From the NCBI RefSeq assembly GCF_021246445.1, contig NZ_JAJQXW010000002.1, positions 124,001-188,000 of the forward strand: 64,000 nt of DNA, given 5' to 3'. Positions within the stretch are counted from its first letter, which is position 1. Every line of letters starts with the position of its first letter. The notes beneath the pieces are model-generated. The model had not been told where the DNA came from. It worked only from the letters and a program-made list of their open reading frames with translations, and searched no databases. Shown here one piece after another: positions 49,224 through 58,791 of this stretch. A program made the position numbers and the translations under genes. The DNA is from Rhabdothermincola salaria. Lineage in GTDB: Bacteria; Actinomycetota; Acidimicrobiia; Acidimicrobiales; Acidimicrobilacustridaceae.

Positions 49224-50432
49224 TCAGCCGGGCATGGTGTCGACGCCCGGCTTCTCCTCGGGCGGGAGCCCGAAGTGGTGGACGTACTCGGCGAAGTCGG
49301 CCCGGATCTGGTCGGGCACGATGCCGTAGTCCTCGGGCCGGTAGCTGTGCACCCCGTGCTTGCCGGGCGGGTTGTCGTCGATGAAGGCCTTCATGGCCCG
49401 GGCGCCCTCGTCGCTCATGGGCAGGTCGAACGCGTCGTAGATGCTCTCGACGACGGCGAACTGGTCCTTCACGAAGTCGGTGAACAACACGTCGTAGAAG
49501 ACGGCGTCGGGGTACTCCTTGGCCTGACGGACGTGGATGCCGTTCATCAGCACGTTGCGCAACCGGGGCGTCCAGTCGGCCGCCACCTCGGCAGGGTCCA
49601 CGGAGTCGCTGCCCACCCCGCGCACGAGGGTGGTGAGGCTGGCGTAGGAGGTCATGGACTTCACCGGGTCGCGGTGGGTGAACACGATGCGGGCGTCGGG
49701 ATAGGTCTCGAGGAGGTGATCGAGGCCCCAGAGGTGGGCACCGGTCTTGAGCACCCACCGGTCGCCGGCGTTGTGGGCCTGGAGGTGTTGCAGCTGGGTC
49801 AGGTGGAACTCGTACACGCTGGACCAGGGGGCGTCGGTGTCGACCCAGTCCTCGTAGCTGGGCACGCGGAACTGGTTGTGGAACAGCGGCGTGATCATGG
49901 CCTCGCCCATCATCGTCACGCACTCCTGGGAGAGCTCGGCGCCCATGGGATGGATGGCCTTGAACTCGGGGATCTGCTCGTCCTGGGCCGGGAAGGTGGC
50001 GGCGCAGGCGGCGATGCGCGGGTCGGTGGTGAAGGTCTCGGCCCGCGGAGGAGGCGACGGGAACATGGTCTCCCACGTGAGCGGGGCCCGGTTGGCCGGG
50101 TCGGAGGCGAGGATGTCGTGCAGGATCGTGGTGCCGGTGCGGGGCATGCCGATGATGAAGACGGGCTTGACGATCTGCTGGGTGGCGATGGCCGGATCGG
50201 TCTTGCGGTCGTCGACGTAGCCGAGGCGGTTGGCGGTGTGGAGCAGCATGCGCTCCCTGGCGATCATGTGGCCGAGCTCGTTGAGGTCGGCCTCGGTGCG
50301 CAGCGAGTCGAGGGTGCGGTCGAGCCCCTCGAGGTAGATGTCGCCGTTGGGTCCGAGGTCGGTCAGACCGCCGGTGCGGCGCCCGGCCTCCTCGAGGATC
50401 CAGTCGCGCTCGAGCTCTTGCGTGTCGGCCAT
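49224..50432 (-). CDS. Sulfotransferase
   Basis: PVFIIGMPRTGTT (5'PSB), WVLK, FTHRDP..S..S (3'PB). Confidence 0.93.
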   Translation of the reverse strand: MADTQELERDWILEEAGRRTGGLTDLGPNGDIYLEGLDRTLDSLRTEADLNELGHMIARERMLLHTANRLGYVDDRKTDPAIATQQIVKPVFIIGMPRTGTTILHDILASDPANRAPLTWETMFPSPPPRAETFTTDPRIAACAATFPAQDEQIPEFKAIHPMGAELSQECVTMMGEAMITPLFHNQFRVPSYEDWVDTDAPWSSVYEFHLTQLQHLQAHNAGDRWVLKTGAHLWGLDHLLETYPDARIVFTHRDPVKSMTSYASLTTLVRGVGSDSVDPAEVAADWTPRLRNVLMNGIHVRQAKEYPDAVFYDVLFTDFVKDQFAVVESIYDAFDLPMSDEGARAMKAFIDDNPPGKHGVHSYRPEDYGIVPDQIRADFAEYVHHFGLPPEEKPGVDTMPG

Positions 50433-50481
50433 CGGTCGTCCCCCTGGAGTTCGGCGCGAGGCCCCCTCGCCCCACGACGCT

Positions 50482-50506
50482 CGGTACCGTAGCCCATACG
50501 GTACCG
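50482..50506. promoter_or_regulatory. Palindromic putative operator upstream of the sulfotransferase
   Basis: cggtaccgta-N5-tacggtaccg. Confidence 0.6.
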
Positions 50507-50685
50507 CCGATGCCGTGTCGATTCGGGCCGCCACCGTCGAGCGCCTTGCGTCACCGCCGTCCCGAGCCGTCTCAGCTCGCCGAGGCCCACGGCCATCACC
50601 ACGAGCGACCCCCGAGCCCGGTTCAGCCGCTGGGTCCGGTTTTCCTCCGGGCGGTGAGGACCGATAGAGTCACCGGGTCTCACCA

Positions 50686-50759
50686 GCGCTCGTAGCTCAA
50701 TTGGATAGAGCATCTGACTACGGATCAGAAGGTTGGGGGTTCGAGTCCCTCCGAGCGCG
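50686..50759 (+). tRNA. tRNA-Arg(ACG)
   Basis: Acceptor GCGCTCG/CGAGCGC, anticodon arm TCTGA-CTACGGA-TCAGA, GTTCGAGTC. Confidence 0.98.
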
Positions 50760-50889
50760 CTAGCAAAAGTGCAGGTAGGCGAACTGACCCGGGCCCAGAG
50801 CCCGGCTCTACTGCTCTCCAGGTAGCAACACGGGTAGCAACGCCAGCCGGGGCAGCCACTGACGCCGTCGCGGAACGGGCTCCCCGACG

Positions 50890-51285
50890 TCAGCCGTCGT
50901 ACTCGACGAAGACCCCATCGCGAAGTTCGTAGGCGGCGCCGTTGATGTTGAGGTCGCCGTCCATCGACGCGATGTCGGTGGCGGCTTCGATGTATCTGGG
51001 GTCACTGAGCAGCGCCGCGGCCTCAGATGCGGTCAGGCCATGTATGTCGATGTTGGCGAAGTACCCGCCCTCGGCGACGGCGCATTGGAGAACATCGAGG
51101 AGGGTGCCCTCGAACTCCTCGATCTCACCGGTGATGATGTCGCACTCATCGAGGAGGTGCTCCCGGATTCTCAGCTTCCCATCCATACCGTCGTAACCCT
51201 CGCAACACGAAGGACGGTCGGTGCGGTGACCGATCGCGACTCCGGTGACCTTCTGGACGAGTCCATCAACCTCGACGGTGGACAT
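50890..51285 (-). CDS. Acidic hypothetical protein
   Basis: CAGGAG RBS; 131 aa, D/E rich. Confidence 0.7.
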   Translation of the reverse strand: MSTVEVDGLVQKVTGVAIGHRTDRPSCCEGYDGMDGKLRIREHLLDECDIITGEIEEFEGTLLDVLQCAVAEGGYFANIDIHGLTASEAAALLSDPRYIEAATDIASMDGDLNINGAAYELRDGVFVEYDG

Positions 51286-51700
51286 GAACCGCTCCTGACG
51301 GAAATTGGCGGGCTGGGGTTGCGGTGGGCGCTCTCACGCCGCGACCTCTTGAGCGAACAGCTCGGCTTGCTCAATGACGCGGAACCTAGCGGGTACCAGA
51401 TACCGGAAGCCCACCGGCGCTGACCGGCGGGAGGAATGGGGCCGTCAAGGCTCGACCCGTGCGATCTCACTGCTTGGAAGGAGCGAGATGTGCCCGCAGC
51501 AGGCCCTCCCCAATAATTCTCAACAATTTTTCGCGGTTGCCATCGGCGCCATATGCCGAAGTATGGCGGGTGGAACTCCCTGCTATTCCGGGGGGCGTGT
51601 CCCGGACGTGGTCGATATAGCGATTCTGATAGCAACGCCAGCGCAAGGAATTGGGCCCGTGTGGACGACTGCGGGAGGTTGTGACGCCCCGTGATACCCG

Positions 51701-52819
51701 GTGATGCTTATGCGTATGACTTTTCACCCAACCCCGGCAACTTCATCGTCAGACGTCACGAGAACATCAGAGGCGCCCATATTTTTCGGCGAAGATGACA
51801 GAAATGAACACATGTGTCTGGATAACAAGCCACATAGAGAAGACAACAACGCAGATGATCGAGAACCTGCGGACAAGACCACACAGGCCATCTCGCCCGT
51901 CACCTTCTCCGACGCGCAGCGACTTCTCCAGGATCCATCTCTCGAAATCGGCATCGACAAGGTTGAACTCTGCGCTCCGATCACGACCGTGAATATCACG
52001 CCATACGAGTGCGACAAGTTCACGATGCACCAAAGCGTCGCGACAGGTGGCAGCTGGTTGCTTACCAAGGAGCTCTCGGGAGGTCAGACCATAAGGATCT
52101 CGGCGTTCTTCCGAGGTGACGCCACCGGGGGAAGCATCACCGCCACTTTCAACCCTTCGCAAGATGGCCCACTGCTCGGCCTTGATGCCGCACAGCCGTT
52201 CCTCGAAGAGGCGTTTCACGAGATGATGGATGTCAGCGCCGTGGCGGTCCCCCAGGAGGATGTACGCATCCAGCGTCTCGACCTCGCCGTCGACTTCTCA
52301 CCCATCGCAGACATGAGGATGTTCTTCGTGGCGGCCAGAGCTGTGAAGCCACGGCCACAATGGCATTCCGTGCACTATGCCCCCGGTAGCAGACGTGGCG
52401 AGACCATTTACCACAAGGCCAAGACGGTCGGCGAAGTGCGCATCTATGACAAGTCGGCACAAGCAGGACTATCTGAGCCGACGGTGCGCTTCGAGGCCAG
52501 CCTCAAACGGCGCCCACTGAAGAAGCACGGCCTCGACACCCTAGGGAACCTGTCAGAAGCAAGACTGCGCGCCGCCTTTGATGATCTCATGACACCGTTC
52601 TACCCCGGTACCACGCCCATCCTGGGACTCAATGACCTACTAGAAGAAGGAGTGAAGACCCGACACCTCGCTGAGGCAATCGGCGCACGACTCCTGAAGG
52701 AGTGCGGGCTCGATCCCGGCTATCCAGACGCCCGGGTGCGACAGCACCGCAAGATCTGGAACCAGCTCGGTCTGGCGTCGACCGATGAGCTCCACCAGCT
52801 GGGTGGTCTGGCGCCATGA
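51701..52819 (+). CDS. Rolling-circle replication initiator (Rep_trans / phage gene II-X-like)
   Basis: GIDKV, FNPS, IQRLDLAVDF, GETIY, VRIYDK, VRFEASL; start uncertain (ATG 51812 possible). Confidence 0.8.
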   Translation: MMLMRMTFHPTPATSSSDVTRTSEAPIFFGEDDRNEHMCLDNKPHREDNNADDREPADKTTQAISPVTFSDAQRLLQDPSLEIGIDKVELCAPITTVNITPYECDKFTMHQSVATGGSWLLTKELSGGQTIRISAFFRGDATGGSITATFNPSQDGPLLGLDAAQPFLEEAFHEMMDVSAVAVPQEDVRIQRLDLAVDFSPIADMRMFFVAARAVKPRPQWHSVHYAPGSRRGETIYHKAKTVGEVRIYDKSAQAGLSEPTVRFEASLKRRPLKKHGLDTLGNLSEARLRAAFDDLMTPFYPGTTPILGLNDLLEEGVKTRHLAEAIGARLLKECGLDPGYPDARVRQHRKIWNQLGLASTDELHQLGGLAP

Positions 52820-53619
52820 CGAGCATGCAGCACTCAGACGATGGCCCGACACCGGCCGGCAGTGAGCAACTCGCTGAGGCGGAGTCCCCGCTCAGCCCTA
52901 GGCACGGCGCCAGCCATGCGCCACGCACCCGGCCGAGTAGTGGGACCCACCGCCCAGCCAGCCACCACCCGGCTGCCATCGTTGCCTTCCACGGCCGTCC
53001 ACCAAGAGGCGACTATCAGCAGGATGCTCTCTACGCCGCCGAGCAAGAAGCTGAGATGGACATGTGGGACATCTGGTGGGCCGAAGAAGCTCATCGCCAG
53101 GCCGGATGGGACCTGGACCTCAACCTCGATCATCATCCCCACATCGCCAACCTCACCTCGGCAGTCGCCGAGCAACTCGCCCATTGGGCACTGGACCTCT
53201 GGAGCGGACCGCCCTTGCCTTCTCCTCCCTCTTGGCCTCCTCGGTCGAACCCTCGCCTCACCCTGGTGTTCGACCTCCCCTGTGACAGTGAACTCGCCGG
53301 CCTCCACCGAGGGACAGATGGGACTATTCATCTCGACGCTGACGGCTTCATCCACCCCTGGGTCGTTCTTCACGAACTGGCTCACTTCCTTACTGCGGGC
53401 ACGTGGGACGCCATGGTGGACGGAGCCCACGGTCCGAGGTTCGCCGCCGTGTTGGTCGATCTCGTCGGTCTGACCGACGGGCGGGAGGCCGCCGAAGTGC
53501 TCCTCCATTGGTTCGATGTCTATGACGTTGAGGTCGACCCCTGCTGGTACAACCCCCAGTGCTGGTGTCCGCTCGATCCGATCGCGGCCCGGGCCCGACT
53601 GGAGGGGTCGCCACGGTGA
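52816..53619 (+). CDS. HExxH zinc metallopeptidase-like protein (SprT/TIGR04338-like)
   Basis: WVVLHELAH...HGPRFAAVLVDLV; ATGA overlap with rep. Confidence 0.72.
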   Translation: MTSMQHSDDGPTPAGSEQLAEAESPLSPRHGASHAPRTRPSSGTHRPASHHPAAIVAFHGRPPRGDYQQDALYAAEQEAEMDMWDIWWAEEAHRQAGWDLDLNLDHHPHIANLTSAVAEQLAHWALDLWSGPPLPSPPSWPPRSNPRLTLVFDLPCDSELAGLHRGTDGTIHLDADGFIHPWVVLHELAHFLTAGTWDAMVDGAHGPRFAAVLVDLVGLTDGREAAEVLLHWFDVYDVEVDPCWYNPQCWCPLDPIAARARLEGSPR

Positions 53620-54173
53620 ATGTGTAGAGGGTCTGAAGTATCTTCAGACCGGTAGGACAACGCCGGAAAGCGCGGCACCTGGCCCCATCGGCTTGATATC
53701 GGCGACGGATTTTGCGGCACGAAGTTCGTCCCAGAAGCGCTGTGACCAGGTATTCCACGCGGAGGGATCAACTTCAGACCCCGGCACCAGGGCGCAGGGA
53801 GCGACACGTCGGCATCCAGTGGCGATCGCTGTCCAAACGATCCTCGACGGTCGTTACCTCTGGCTGCCACGTCACTCCTACGCAAGTCACCTACGGGGGA
53901 CAGCAACAAGGGGGTCGTGGACATCAAGACCTGGTGGGTATGGTGAGCCCCGCCGGCGGATTTCCTGCTCGGTGATCGGCGGGGAGTTGTTGGACCCGCT
54001 GGTAGCTCACCCCGGGGTGCACTCAGATGCGGGGCAGCGGCAGCATGTTTGACATTGGGCGGATCTACAGGCGCCCCCCCTCGGTGACAAGCTACAGGGG
54101 CCGAAGCAGATGAGGGGTTGGGCCCCTGCGTTTCGTTGAGCTCACACCTGCCCGGAAAAATGGGGATTCATAG

Positions 54174-54605
54174 ATGCCGAATTTTGTCGTGGAATGCTCC
54201 TTCTACCTCAACATCTTCCTGGCGGGATTGGGTACTGACGACGTGGACCAGTACGGGGTGGACGAGTTCTTTCCATACGCTGCGGAGACTGACTGGGTCA
54301 TGAACGGGTTCGATGTCCTGGGTGAGACCACGGACCCAGTTGGCACCGACCTGTCCGGCCCGTCCGGTCCAGAGCCCCGTGCCTCCACGCTGGTCGACCG
54401 GATGCGGGATCCGTCTCCAGAGGAGTTCGACGCTTTCGGCGAGTGGGGTGGAGTCGTTGTGGGCTGCTGGGGCACGTGCAAGGCCGTCGTTAGCGCACCT
54501 TCCGAAGCGGCCATCACCGACCAGGTCGTTCAGTCGGAGCTTCCGAAGGAATTCTTTGCCGGCGATCTTCCGCACTTGACCGTCGGGCTCGACCCCAACG
54601 TTTGA
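54174..54605 (+). CDS. Acidic hypothetical protein
   Basis: 143-aa ORF with protein-like composition; no recognised motif. Confidence 0.45.
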   Translation: MPNFVVECSFYLNIFLAGLGTDDVDQYGVDEFFPYAAETDWVMNGFDVLGETTDPVGTDLSGPSGPEPRASTLVDRMRDPSPEEFDAFGEWGGVVVGCWGTCKAVVSAPSEAAITDQVVQSELPKEFFAGDLPHLTVGLDPNV

Positions 54606-54675
54606 CCCGTTGGGCCTCCCAACGACCCATCACAGGTGGTCACCTGGTTCTGGGGCGGGGTCGGATGACCTTGAG

Positions 54676-55239
54676 TTAGGTGTCGAGAGCTTCCAGGACG
54701 CCGTCCTCCCAGGCCCACACCTGGCAGGCAGCCGGGAAGGTCTCGACCTCGAGTGGCACCTCACCGGGGCGGTAGACCTCGATGAGGGTGGTGAGCAGGA
54801 GGTGGGCCGAGCGTGTGATGGCGTCAGCCCCTCCAATGTCTTGCCACCAGTGCCGGGCGATGTCGGGGGCGTCGTCCCAGTCGGGGGGACGTAGGGAGGG
54901 GTCCTCGGCCAGGTTGGGGGGCGTCCACCCAAGGCGTACGAGGTTCTCGTGCTGCGCAGGGGTCAGCGCCCAGGGTGTGCCGGTGAGGTAGGTGTTGGAG
55001 ACCGCTTCGAGGTGCACGCCGACCTCGGTGACGATGCACTGCACGAACACCTCGGGTCGCCCTTCGGGGGCGATGATCGCCACCCACGCCCCGTCGGCCT
55101 GCAGCTGGGCGAGGAGGGCCTCCAGGCGGTCGAGGAGGTTCTCGCCGGGCTTGTGGGCAGTGAGCGGGAACCGCCCTTCCTGTGGGGGCGGGCTGGGTAG
55201 CTCTCGGGGGTCGTCGAGAGGGGACGCTGACGTGGCCAT
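54676..55239 (-). CDS. TY-Chap (T3SS/YbjN-like chaperone) domain protein
   Basis: FVQC...HLEAVSNTYL...L..LGWTPP...HWW...LLLTTLIEVY; GAGGA RBS. Confidence 0.7.
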   Translation of the reverse strand: MATSASPLDDPRELPSPPPQEGRFPLTAHKPGENLLDRLEALLAQLQADGAWVAIIAPEGRPEVFVQCIVTEVGVHLEAVSNTYLTGTPWALTPAQHENLVRLGWTPPNLAEDPSLRPPDWDDAPDIARHWWQDIGGADAITRSAHLLLTTLIEVYRPGEVPLEVETFPAACQVWAWEDGVLEALDT

Positions 55240-55620
55240 GGGTGTCCTCAGAAGATGCTCGTGGGCACCTACGGCGGTGCCACCTTTGCCGGTTGCCCGG
55301 CCAGCTCTTACCTCGGAGCACCGCTAGTGGACGGTTGCTGGGGTGCAGGCCAAGTACCTACATGCGCACCCACTCTTGAGCTGCGGAGAGCATATCGGAG
55401 TGTTGATGCCGGCGGTCGTCCCTGGTCCTGTCCGGCTGATGCCGCTGCAAGCAATGACGCTTCATCTCGCTACCGCCGTGAGAACGAGCACGCCCCTAAC
55501 CGGAAATCCATGGCCTGTCACCTCTTGCGCAGCGGGGTGGCTGCTCCGAACCCGGCCGCCGCGATCGGCTACGGGTGCCGGGCGGTGGGCCGCCACACCC
55601 ACCACCCGGGCCTGCCTTCG

Positions 55621-56358
55621 TCAGGATGACCGGCGGCGGCGCTCCTGGCGCTTGCGCTCGACTTCGGCCGGCTTGTCCCCCTCGAAGAAGTCCCCGGTGT
55701 CAATGGCCTGCTTGGCGCGATTCTTGCGACGCAGTGCCGACGTGGACTTCGACATCGACTCGAACGCCGCCTCTGCACCGGCACCATCCGGGGCGAACGC
55801 CTGCACCGATCTGGCGTCGTATCCGATGCCGCGTGCCTCGCCGTAGGCATCGAGGCCGGCGCCGAGGAAGGCGAACGTCCAGCCCTCTTCCATACGCTGG
55901 CCGACGAGTCGGCCCACGGTGTCGAGGGTGTACTCCCGGGACTGGTTCTCCTCGCCGTCAGTGATGGTCACCACGAGGATGCGTTCGGCGGGTTGGTCGA
56001 GGGTGCGGAGGTGCTCGGCGCGCACCGCTGCACGCACAAGGATACGACCGGTGGCGTCGAGCAGTGGGGTGCCGCCCCGGGGCGCGAACGTGCGCTCGTC
56101 GAGGGGTACGACCTCGCTGATGGGCACTGCATCGGCCACGACTTCCTCGGGGTCCTGGCTGTCGAACAGCACGAGGGTCATGCGAGCGTCGGGTCCCTCG
56201 GCCTTCTGCTCGCTGAGGAGTCGGTTGAAGCCGCCGATGACGTCGCGGACCATGGTCGACATCGACCCCGACCGGTCGATCAGCACGTAGAGGTGCGCTG
56301 TCGGGGTGTCCTCGGCGTTGACGGGGTCGGCATCGGAAGGGCTCAGGTTGTCGTTCAT
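55621..56358 (-). CDS. Stand-alone vWA domain protein
   Basis: MIDAS DRSGSM, GGTPLLDA, ITDGEENQSREY, WTFAFLGA. Confidence 0.92.
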   Translation of the reverse strand: MNDNLSPSDADPVNAEDTPTAHLYVLIDRSGSMSTMVRDVIGGFNRLLSEQKAEGPDARMTLVLFDSQDPEEVVADAVPISEVVPLDERTFAPRGGTPLLDATGRILVRAAVRAEHLRTLDQPAERILVVTITDGEENQSREYTLDTVGRLVGQRMEEGWTFAFLGAGLDAYGEARGIGYDARSVQAFAPDGAGAEAAFESMSKSTSALRRKNRAKQAIDTGDFFEGDKPAEVERKRQERRRRSS

Positions 56359-56579
56359 GTGGGAACTAACGACAGATGGGTCATGCGATGTGCGCGAGCT
56401 CTGGTAATCACCCTGAACGAAGCTGCTTGGGTTGGAACGCTGCTCCCGCTCCGGGTGGGCCCCGGCGAAGCGCCCCGATGAACTCGGGTCCGTCACGCCC
56501 TCTTCGACGCGACATGAGGAGTCGTCGGGCCGGCTAAGCACCGCTGGATGTCACCGACGTCTGCCATGATCCATGCAAC

Positions 56580-57410
56580 ATGTCGGCGGAGACCGCCTCA
56601 CGGCACCCCTGCGCAGAGCAGATCTCAGCGATCGAGGCCTGGTTCGGCGAGCCCGATGCCGACCGGGGCCCGTCCCACGTCGCCCGGCTGGTGCTTCGTC
56701 CGCACGACTTAGCAGGGGCGCCATTGATGGTGGAGGCGCTGGTGGCGGAGGCTAGGGAGGCGATGCTTGGTGCCGGCCGGCGCCGCAACGAGCCTTGGCC
56801 GAGTCTCAACGTGGCTGCTTATGCCACGCTCACCATGCGGCGCATGGTTCCCAAGCTTCTCGACCTCGGTCGTCCGAAGCGTGTGTCGCTGTGGGACGAT
56901 CCCGATGACGAGGATCTGACCAACCACTATCTCGCCCGCACCGCGGAACTTGTCGAGCGCAGCGAGCGCCTGGGCACTACCGGTGACGCTCTCCGTGCGG
57001 CGATGGAGCCGTTAGCGCCGGAAGGCCCCAACGACGGGTGGGTGCTCGGCGCAGCGTTGACGTTCCTCACCGTGCGCCTCGACGCTGCGCCGCTACCCAC
57101 AGGGGTGCCGGTCCCCAAGACTGGCGCCACCGAGGAACAGGCCGCGCTGTGGCCGGCGTTGTGGTTCGCTGGACGCCGCGACGGCTACTTCGACCACTGC
57201 GCTGGCGAGGTGAGCCCCGACGCGGTGCGGCGACGCCGCCAACGTGCCGGCAAGCGGGTGTTGGCGCTGTTCGAGGGGGCGTGCATGGTGCAGCATCCCG
57301 ACCTCGTGGCTCGCCGCAAGGCACTGGCGGAACCCCTCGCGTCGAACGTTGCCCGGTCGGCACAGACCCGTGGGGTGGGCTCGACGCGTCGAGGGGGGCG
57401 GCGTGGCTGA
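56580..57410 (+). CDS. Hypothetical protein, possibly a divergent sigma-70/ECF-like factor
   Basis: Region-2-like LVAEAREAM...NVAAYATLTMRR and basic C-terminal helix DAVRRRRQRAGKRV. Confidence 0.5.
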   Translation: MSAETASRHPCAEQISAIEAWFGEPDADRGPSHVARLVLRPHDLAGAPLMVEALVAEAREAMLGAGRRRNEPWPSLNVAAYATLTMRRMVPKLLDLGRPKRVSLWDDPDDEDLTNHYLARTAELVERSERLGTTGDALRAAMEPLAPEGPNDGWVLGAALTFLTVRLDAAPLPTGVPVPKTGATEEQAALWPALWFAGRRDGYFDHCAGEVSPDAVRRRRQRAGKRVLALFEGACMVQHPDLVARRKALAEPLASNVARSAQTRGVGSTRRGGRRG

Positions 57411-58728
57411 ACCGGTGTGGTCTGAGGGCCTCGTCACCCGCACCGACCTCGATGGCACGCTGCTGGTCATCGGCCATGCCTGGGGCCCCGCGGGATATGC
57501 CGAGATTGAGTTGGCGCCGTCCGTGTTCGTTGCGGTCGACACTGCTGAGTCGAATCAACTCAGCAGCATCCGCGTCGAGCCCGCCGCCGACCGCGATCGC
57601 GCCGGTGAGGTGCTCGATGCCCTCGTGGGGGCCGAGCGTTCGGAGTTGCTGTTGCGCTTCGCCGAGTTGCCCGAAGGGCGCACCCGGCGGCTCATGCCTC
57701 AGCGATCCACCGATACCGATGACTGGGATTCGGCCCGGCGCCGTGATGAGCGTTCGGAGCCGCGGTTCGCGAGCCGCCTTCCCGGCAACGACGCTGGCGA
57801 GGCCTTCGGCCGGGTGGTGAGCGTCGGCGCTCTGGCCGAAACCGCCGATGAGGCGTTGGCTGGTGCCATCGCCTTCGTCGAGTTCGGGGAGTTGGCCGGC
57901 GAGACCGCCGTACGCCAGGACCTGCCGGTGCTCGATGCTGTGGCTGAGCGGGCTCTGGTGCACGGTGCCCGTGGCCTCGACGACCTTGCCGCTGATCTCG
58001 GTGAGCTGGCGCTCGTCGACGCTGATGTCGCTGATCGGCTCCGAGCGTTGGTTATGGTCGCCCAGAAGACCGCCTCGCGCGACGTCCGAGCGGCGCTGCG
58101 GCGCGTCGAGAACGTGCTGCGGGCAGAAGATGACCGCCGCCGCAGCGATGCGCAGCTGTCGGCCGCCGCGGCGGCGGCGCAGGCCGTGTCCGAGCCGGCG
58201 GAGATTCAGGCGTTGGTCGAGCCTTCTCGCCGTGTCGAGCCCCGAAGTCCGGGGTGGCACCTTGAGCTCGACGATGGGCTGCTCACCGTGCGGGCGCCCG
58301 AGCAGGAGCTCGGCACCTGGTTGCGGGTCTTGCGTGCCGAGAACCTTGCGCCGCTGGCCGTCGTGCCGCTCTTGGCTGAAGCCGATCACGACAGGGCCGA
58401 GGCGCTCGTGCCCGCCGAGCTCGAGCTCGCCGACCTCGTTGTCGAGACGACCCGGTATCCCCGAGTTGTGGCTCCGGGGGGCGGAGTTGAAGCGGTGAGT
58501 CAGGCGATCACCGTCGGGCGCGACGCCTGTGAGGCCGAGCGCTTCGGGCGCCACGAACAGGCCCGTGATCGGTGGTGGCGTTGCGCCGAACTGTGGCAGG
58601 CACTCGGCGACACGACTCGCGCCGCCGTCGCCCGTCGCTACGCCGACGAGATCGACCGGCGCGTCGCCGGGGCCGGTTCAGCGTTTCTCGCCGAGAGGGT
58701 CACCGAGGCGCTCAGCCACGCCGGCTGA
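57403..58728 (+). CDS. Hypothetical protein with helical/TPR-like C-terminus
   Basis: Overlaps the upstream stop; ARDRWWRCAELWQALGDTTRA helix pair. Confidence 0.7.
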   Translation: MAEPVWSEGLVTRTDLDGTLLVIGHAWGPAGYAEIELAPSVFVAVDTAESNQLSSIRVEPAADRDRAGEVLDALVGAERSELLLRFAELPEGRTRRLMPQRSTDTDDWDSARRRDERSEPRFASRLPGNDAGEAFGRVVSVGALAETADEALAGAIAFVEFGELAGETAVRQDLPVLDAVAERALVHGARGLDDLAADLGELALVDADVADRLRALVMVAQKTASRDVRAALRRVENVLRAEDDRRRSDAQLSAAAAAAQAVSEPAEIQALVEPSRRVEPRSPGWHLELDDGLLTVRAPEQELGTWLRVLRAENLAPLAVVPLLAEADHDRAEALVPAELELADLVVETTRYPRVVAPGGGVEAVSQAITVGRDACEAERFGRHEQARDRWWRCAELWQALGDTTRAAVARRYADEIDRRVAGAGSAFLAERVTEALSHAG

Positions 58729-58791
58729 ACAGGCTGACCAAAGGTGCGTCGCGGAATCGAGGTGGTCGACTCGAGCGCATGGTGCGGTCGG

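Noticed and set aside
51300..51700. Several short overlapping ORFs upstream of rep
   Set aside because: No frame has a clear RBS or motif; cannot choose among them without homology data
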